From a virus: DNA of 45,876 bases. A model generated the notes under the pieces. The model saw nothing but the letters and a program-made list of their open reading frames with translations. It searched no databases and was not told the DNA's origin. Where the stretch lies: positions 1-45,876 of the IMG/VR virus record IMGVR_UViG_3300039016_000025. One strand, given 5' to 3'. How positions within the stretch are numbered: position 1 is the first letter of the stretch; each line of letters begins with the position of its first letter. Shown here piece after piece: positions 41,459 through 45,876 of this stretch. A program made the position numbers and the translations under genes.

Positions 41459-41478
41459 ATAAATTATTTAGCTACAGT
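41450..41478 (+). promoter_or_regulatory. Early promoter cassette copy 6 (TTGACA-17-TACAGT). The -35 lies in the last polymerase codons
   Basis: ttgaca tagataaattatttagc tacagt. Confidence 0.65.
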
Positions 41479-41509
41479 ACACCTATACCAACCAACCGGA
41501 GATTTAAAA

Positions 41510-42082
41510 GTGATTACCGTAAAAACTCAATCTATCAAAGCTGCTTGCGGAATGGCATCGACAAAGGATGTACGTTATTACTTGGTCGGCGTGCAAATTC
41601 TAGTGCGAGATGACGGCGCCGTTCATGTCCGCGCTACCGACGGGTCTTTGGCATTTGACGACTTGATGCCTGAAAAATCAGCATTCGCCCCGGCCGACTT
41701 CATCATCCCTTTGGATACCGCCAAGCTGATCGCCAAAAGCAAATTGCAGACTGTTGAAATTACCATCGCGCCGGACGGTCGATACGAATGCGCCGGGCAA
41801 ATTTTCAAACCGATCGACGGTAGATTTCCAGACTGCGACCGGGTGCTGCCGACCCGCGACAGTCAATTTGATGCCGCCGTAAATCAATATGACGCTGAAC
41901 TGCTGGCGCGATGCCAAACTGCCATGCGGATTGCCACGGGTTTGAGCAAAGCATTCTTCAAGATGCAGAACTCCCCATGCGGACTCATGCACCGTGAGAA
42001 CGACACGTATCCGCGGTGTGCTGTGATGCCGTTGCGCGACCGTGCTTTTTTGGACAATTATGAGCCCACACCATGCGCGTAA
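41510..42082 (+). CDS. Short DnaN (beta sliding clamp)-like protein, 190 aa
   Basis: GTG start after GGAGA. Three segments match hallmark stretches of E. coli DnaN domains II-III. KDVRYYLVGV matches QDVRYYLNGM. ATDGSLAF matches ATDGHRLA. IDGRFPDCDRVLP matches VDGRFPDYRRVLP. The C-terminal AVMPLR matches VVMPMRL. Confidence 0.65.
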   Translation: MITVKTQSIKAACGMASTKDVRYYLVGVQILVRDDGAVHVRATDGSLAFDDLMPEKSAFAPADFIIPLDTAKLIAKSKLQTVEITIAPDGRYECAGQIFKPIDGRFPDCDRVLPTRDSQFDAAVNQYDAELLARCQTAMRIATGLSKAFFKMQNSPCGLMHRENDTYPRCAVMPLRDRAFLDNYEPTPCA

Positions 42083-42399
42083 TTCTCTTGATACTGGCCG
42101 CCCTTGTGGCATGTAGCAACGCCCAGGCGTCCGACAATTCCTGTTTGCAAGGGGTCCGCGTGGCCCATGAGACTTATAGGCTTGTGACGCTCGACCCCGC
42201 CAATCCGCCTTTGCCGGCGTATCGGGCTGCCTTTGAATATCGAATGAAGCGGCAACCGTTCCCAGCAAACCGGGAGCATGCCGCAAACGCCTTGATTTAC
42301 ATTATTACCCGCCTGAAAAATGCCGACATGGTTCCTTTTGAGGAATGGCAAGTCGATTGGGCGGCCCAGGAATACATTACAAAGGAGTGCAACAAGTGA
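42073..42399 (+). CDS. Lipoprotein (lipobox LVAC)
   Basis: 108 aa. Signal MRVILLILAALVAC followed by SNAQ. Confidence 0.65.
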   Translation: MRVILLILAALVACSNAQASDNSCLQGVRVAHETYRLVTLDPANPPLPAYRAAFEYRMKRQPFPANREHAANALIYIITRLKNADMVPFEEWQVDWAAQEYITKECNK

Positions 42400-42806
42400 T
42401 TTACAAGACCGGAACGAAACTTACCGACCGGGAATCCGGCGCCGTGTTTGTGGTCAGCGGGTCCAATGCGGAGGAAACCAGTTACCAAGGGGCCAGCGGC
42501 CGGGGGACTATCAAGACCGCCGAAGTCGCGTCGATGTTTGAAGTCGACGGCGAACCGCTCCGCACGGTGGACGAACATTTGTCGGCGCTGGATACCCAGG
42601 TCGGCGGGGACCATTACAAGAAGCTTGGCGCCTATCAGCCGTGGGAAGTCTTGCGCCACTGGCTCACGCCCGAAGAATTCCGCGGGTACATGAAGGGCAC
42701 GGCCATTGCGTACTTGGCCCGGGAGCAAGACAAGGGGGGCATGCTGGATATCCGCAAAGCCGGCCACACGCTGCAGGGCCTTGTCGAACTGTTGGGGGCT
42801 GAATAA
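42396..42806 (+). CDS. DUF3310-like protein
   Basis: Track ORF is 42345..42806. Preferred start is GTG 42396, after AAGGAG and in a GTGA overlap. Has GGDHYKK...QPWEV...GTAIAYLAREQDKGG. Confidence 0.6.
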   Translation: MIYKTGTKLTDRESGAVFVVSGSNAEETSYQGASGRGTIKTAEVASMFEVDGEPLRTVDEHLSALDTQVGGDHYKKLGAYQPWEVLRHWLTPEEFRGYMKGTAIAYLAREQDKGGMLDIRKAGHTLQGLVELLGAE

Positions 42807-42964
42807 TGGCCGCCCGCGAATCCGCCGCAATGGTCAAGGCCCGCAAGATGGTGACGGAACAGGGCGTAACGCCCTACGCCGCCGCGCAAAAGGTTGGCTT
42901 GACCCGCTCCGCAATCTACGTGGCCCCTTGGTACAAGGAATGGAAGAAGGAGCAAAAGAAATGA
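42806..42964 (+). CDS. 52-aa helix-turn-helix protein
   Basis: Hand translation gives MAARESAAMVKARKMVTEQGVTPYAAAQKVGLTRSAIYVAPWYKEWKKEQKK. TAATG coupling. Confidence 0.45.
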   Translation: MAARESAAMVKARKMVTEQGVTPYAAAQKVGLTRSAIYVAPWYKEWKKEQKK

Positions 42965-43050
42965 TTGCCGGCGCCGTTGCCCTTTGGTTGCTGGTCGGCA
43001 TCGGCGTCGCCCAGCTTTTCCGAATCAACCCGCGGGACGACCAGCCATGA
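42961..43050 (+). CDS. Possible 29-aa single-TM peptide
   Basis: MIAGAVALWLLVGIGVAQLFRINPRDDQP, with ATGA overlaps at both ends. Confidence 0.35.
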   Translation: MIAGAVALWLLVGIGVAQLFRINPRDDQP

Positions 43051-43352
43051 AGCGCCACGATTGCCAGGCCCGCCAGTACGGCGACCAGATGATTTGCGCC
43101 CCGTGCGGGCTCACTTGGGACACGAACGACCCGGAGCCGCCGGAGTGCCGCAAGAACATCAAGCGGGCCGCGGCCAAGGTCGCCAAGTTTGAAGCGGAAA
43201 CGGCCCCCCTAAAGCCCAAGGCAAAGGGGTTGCCGGTCATGCTCCCGGACGAAGTGGCCGTCGAAATGGTCAAGACCTACCAGGCGAACGCCGGTGGACT
43301 CTCCGGCATGCGTGCGGCTTACCGTTTATTTTTGGATAGGGTAGAACTATGA
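43047..43352 (+). CDS. Hypothetical protein with Cys-rich N-terminus
   Basis: Track ORF is 42984..43352. Preferred start is ATG 43047 (MKRHDCQARQYGDQMICAPCG). Confidence 0.5.
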   Translation: MKRHDCQARQYGDQMICAPCGLTWDTNDPEPPECRKNIKRAAAKVAKFEAETAPLKPKAKGLPVMLPDEVAVEMVKTYQANAGGLSGMRAAYRLFLDRVEL

Positions 43353-43540
43353 GTCGTTACCGAATTGCCGCCATTGCGACGGCGCTGGTGTTGTTGCTTG
43401 GGCTTGCTGGTCATATGGATTACGAAGACCAGCAAGCCGAACAGGCGCATTATTGCGATATGGTCAAGGCCGGATACTGGCCGGACTTCCAAGGGACGTA
43501 CCGGAGCGAATGCCGGACGCCCAAGAGCGTGCCACGTTGA
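43349..43540 (+). CDS. 63-aa membrane-anchored protein
   Basis: ATGA-coupled. TM segment is IAAIATALVLLLGLAG. Confidence 0.5.
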   Translation: MSRYRIAAIATALVLLLGLAGHMDYEDQQAEQAHYCDMVKAGYWPDFQGTYRSECRTPKSVPR

Positions 43541-44000
43541 GCCCTACGGCGTCCGCGTCGCCTTCTGCAATGAGTCCCGTAACTGCTTCGTCAAACTGTT
43601 GTAACGTTCGCTCAAGGTCGGCCCGGTCGAAGCAGGCAAGGTCAACACTTCGGGAACCGGCGGGGGCGGCGGGCACGAAACGGCTACGGGCACGGTCGTC
43701 GCGCATGCGCTTAATGTCAGCATTAAGGCCGGCAATAGTTGTTTGATAGTCATGGTCGGAACTCTCCTTTTTCCGTTTGTCTTCGGCGGCCGTAGCTTCG
43801 GCCAATTTCGTTGCGGCTTCCCCTTCGGCTTTGACCGTGGCAACAAACCCGTCGTACTTCGCTTGCACCGCGTCAAGGCGTAGTCCTTGGACCCACCAGG
43901 CGCCCCCGGCGCCGGACGATAGCCCCAGCACGAACGCGGCGCAAGCAATCCACAGCAACAAGGCGGGATTGCCCGTAATCATGCCGACCAGGCGGTTCAT
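43464..44000 (-). CDS. i-spanin (Rz-like)
   Basis: 178 aa. Has an N-terminal TM and a charged coiled-coil region. ATGA-coupled to the endolysin gene and contains an embedded lipoprotein ORF. Confidence 0.7.
   Translation of the reverse strand: MNRLVGMITGNPALLLWIACAAFVLGLSSGAGGAWWVQGLRLDAVQAKYDGFVATVKAEGEAATKLAEATAAEDKRKKESSDHDYQTTIAGLNADIKRMRDDRARSRFVPAAPAGSRSVDLACFDRADLERTLQQFDEAVTGLIAEGDADAVGLNVARSWASGIRSGTSLGSPASIRP
43544..43753 (-). CDS. o-spanin (Rz1-like), fully embedded in the i-spanin gene
   Basis: ATG 43753 follows AAGGAGAG. Sequence is MTIKQLLPALMLTLSAC (lipobox LSAC), then the Pro-rich CPPPPPVPEV. Confidence 0.7.
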   Translation of the reverse strand: MTIKQLLPALMLTLSACATTVPVAVSCPPPPPVPEVLTLPASTGPTLSERYNSLTKQLRDSLQKATRTP

Positions 44001-44929
44001 GACATGGCCCCGACGTACTTGGCCCGGCGCACCAAAAACACGTTATGCACATGCTCCCGGTTGATATCGCACGCCGAACGGCCGCCGTAAAGGGGTTGCC
44101 GGGACTTTAGGCAATGCGCGGCAACATGACCGAACCATTGGGAAGGGTCACAGCCCGCGGACAGCTTGCAGGCCCGTCGTTCCTTCTGCACGCCAGCGAC
44201 GCCGCCGTTATATCCAGCATCCCCGAAGGCCAGCCAGGCGGGCGAACCGCGGAACGGTCGGGCAGCGTCCCGGGACATAAGGACCACGGCCCGCAATTGC
44301 AGGTCGGGACGTTGATAGACGCTATCCCAAGACAGCCCGGCCAGGTCCGCGCCGTACTGGTTGCGAAGGTCCGCCAAGGCATCAAAGCGCACGGAGCCGT
44401 CGGCACGGTACGCCCGGGTAAGTTGGCCCATGCCGGCGCCCTCTTCTCGGGAAGTCTTGAGCCTGGCGCCGGGATTCCAGCACGCGGCACGGCTGGCGCA
44501 CGACTCTTGCTCAACCAGGGCGGCCAGCGCCGCGGGGTCAGGATGGCCGGGCCAGTACGCCCGCTGTTCGGCTTTCAGAATCGGCCCATATGTGGCGAAA
44601 CCGGCCGGCAAGGTGTCAGCATGCGCCCGCGGGGCGAAGACCAGCAGAAGGCCGACAATCAGGATTGCCAGGGCAATAAGCGCCAGGCCGGCGCCGGTCG
44701 ATTCCTCGGACGCCTTGGCGAACAAGCGCCGCATGTCGGCTTCCGGGTAGTCCGTCAGAGCTTTGCGGCCCCAATGTGCGGCGGCCACGGCCCAAACGCC
44801 TTGCACGATAGCCAGGCCGCCCAGCAGCGTAGACAAGCCGCTGTCGGGGTCGGTGTATAAAGAGGCGATGGCGGCCAGGATGGCGCCGCCGATTAGGAAC
44901 AAATGCCGATGGCGGAAAAGGACTTTCAC
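43997..44929 (-). CDS. Lytic transglycosylase-type endolysin with three N-terminal transmembrane segments
   Basis: 310 aa, GTG start in a GTGA overlap. SLT-like motifs are LVEQESCAS, GMGQLT and AGYNGG. There are three hydrophobic helices in the first 100 aa and an AHA-D signal-peptidase-like site. Confidence 0.7.
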   Translation of the reverse strand: MKVLFRHRHLFLIGGAILAAIASLYTDPDSGLSTLLGGLAIVQGVWAVAAAHWGRKALTDYPEADMRRLFAKASEESTGAGLALIALAILIVGLLLVFAPRAHADTLPAGFATYGPILKAEQRAYWPGHPDPAALAALVEQESCASRAACWNPGARLKTSREEGAGMGQLTRAYRADGSVRFDALADLRNQYGADLAGLSWDSVYQRPDLQLRAVVLMSRDAARPFRGSPAWLAFGDAGYNGGVAGVQKERRACKLSAGCDPSQWFGHVAAHCLKSRQPLYGGRSACDINREHVHNVFLVRRAKYVGAMS

Positions 44930-45351
44930 GGTTTACCCTCCTTGTGTTGCTGTTCGATTTGCACGACGCGTTGATTCAAGAGCAATAGGGCGTCTTCGGC
45001 GGTGCGAATGTGCGTAAAGGTGTAGGCGATGGAACCAAGCAACGCGGCTTGCGCCAGGGAACCCAGGATAAGCAACGTCGACCAGGCGCCACGGGCCTTG
45101 TTGATATACTCGTCGGCCTTCTTGTCGACCGCTTCCGTGGCCTTGAGCTGGTCGTCTATCTTCTTCCATTGGGTTTGAATTTCGCGGACGGTTTGCTGGT
45201 GGTGAACCGAAAGCTCCGCGATTGTCCGGTCGAGGCCCAAAACCTCTTTTACTGCCGACTTGATTTCGTCCACAGAATTGCTCATAGAAGCCATTTGTTG
45301 TCGCAATTCGGCCAATTGAACCAACATTTCTTTTTCTTCCTGCCCTGGCAT
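44926..45351 (-). CDS. Lysis-cassette membrane protein (holin or lysis-regulator candidate)
   Basis: 141 aa. Has a coiled-coil N-terminus and one TM, AWSTLLILGSLAQAALLGSIAYTF. Confidence 0.45.
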   Translation of the reverse strand: MPGQEEKEMLVQLAELRQQMASMSNSVDEIKSAVKEVLGLDRTIAELSVHHQQTVREIQTQWKKIDDQLKATEAVDKKADEYINKARGAWSTLLILGSLAQAALLGSIAYTFTHIRTAEDALLLLNQRVVQIEQQHKEGKP

Positions 45352-45355
45352 GATG

Positions 45356-45655
45356 TTATTTCCAACTGAATATTAAGAGGGTGGCGACCGATGAAACCGC
45401 GGGAAAATACAAATCAAGCTGCCGCCACTTATCCCAGGTCCATGGGAGCCAGCCGACCGACCAAGTTGAAACCGGGTTTTGATCGTGGCCGGCAAGCATT
45501 TCAATTTCCAACTTCTTGCGGGACCAATACCACGCGATAACGGCCACGGTGCCCGCCGTCAGCCCAAACAACAAGGCGACTGGAATCTGGATCAAAAGCC
45601 CTTCAAAGCAATGCGAAAGGCTTAAGCGCCAGCGGGCACCGTTGAACCATTCCAT
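45356..45655 (-). CDS. Small multi-TM membrane protein (holin candidate)
   Basis: 99 aa, hydrophobic and Trp-rich. First gene after the tail fibre. Confidence 0.45.
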   Translation of the reverse strand: MEWFNGARWRLSLSHCFEGLLIQIPVALLFGLTAGTVAVIAWYWSRKKLEIEMLAGHDQNPVSTWSVGWLPWTWDKWRQLDLYFPAVSSVATLLIFSWK

Positions 45656-45876
45656 TTACATAGCCCCTACGATGAAGCAAAGCAATTCGTCATAGCGAAT
45701 ACCAAAACGATTGCCAGCCGCTCGGTATGGTTCAACGACACGGCTTCCGGCTTCACGAATTACATTGCCTTCTTCGTCCAGTTCGTCCGGCCAGGTTTCG
45801 ACAATCTCTTCTTGCTCCGACCATTCGTCATAACAGAAAAGGGCGTATTTGCTCGGGTCAAGCTTGTATTTCTTGA
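45656..45876 (-). CDS. 3-prime end of the tail-fibre gene (continues the ORF that leaves the window at position 1)
   Basis: Frame continuity checked through the 127-bp repeat. Ends ...RYDELLCFIVGAM then TAA at 45656-45658. Confidence 0.8.
   Translation of the reverse strand, partial: KKYKLDPSKYALFCYDEWSEQEEIVETWPDELDEEGNVIREAGSRVVEPYRAAGNRFGIRYDELLCFIVGAM
45750..45876. repeat. Second copy of the 127-bp terminal repeat
   Basis: Identical to 1-127. Confidence 0.95.

Overview
The window is a complete, circularly permuted genome of a contractile-tailed dsDNA phage. Bases 1-127 are identical to 45750-45876, so the unique length is about 45.75 kb, and the tail-fibre gene is split across the window ends.

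Layout:
- Minus strand, 23917 down to 1 and wrapping to 43464: late module. Order is small and large terminase, portal, MuF-like head protein, a polysaccharide-deacetylase-like insert, scaffold/protease, decoration protein, major capsid, connector proteins, sheath, tube, chaperone pair with a -1 frameshift, tape measure, baseplate, beta-helix tail fibre, then a lysis cassette with an embedded spanin pair.
- 24.3-43.5 kb: early/replication region. Two arms diverge from 34.1 kb.
- Left arm (minus strand): methyltransferase, SF2 helicase, DUF4406/deoxyribosyltransferase-like protein, VRR-NUC, TetR_N-only HTH, primase-helicase. These are followed by small stand-alone units that include a ParB-like protein and a very regular pentapeptide-repeat protein.
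- Right arm (plus strand): Ala/Pro-rich protein, Cas4-like nuclease, DUF2815-like SSB, zinc-finger and Rmf-like small proteins, a dCMP-deaminase remnant, a second methyltransferase, family B polymerase, a short DnaN-like protein, a lipoprotein, a DUF3310-like protein and a chain of coupled micro-ORFs.

I found no integrase, CI-type repressor, tRNA or CRISPR array.

Main points for follow-up:
1. A promoter-operator-leader cassette of about 65 bp reused six times.
2. A promoter-to-terminator pentapeptide-repeat (candidate DNA-mimic) gene.
3. A half-length beta-clamp homologue, together with an SSB C-terminal tail that is duplicated next to a truncated deaminase.
4. A low-GC carbohydrate-esterase-like gene inside the head module.
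5. Apparently leaderless promoters in front of the terminase and portal genes.

All family names come from motif recognition by eye. No database search was run, so they are hypotheses.
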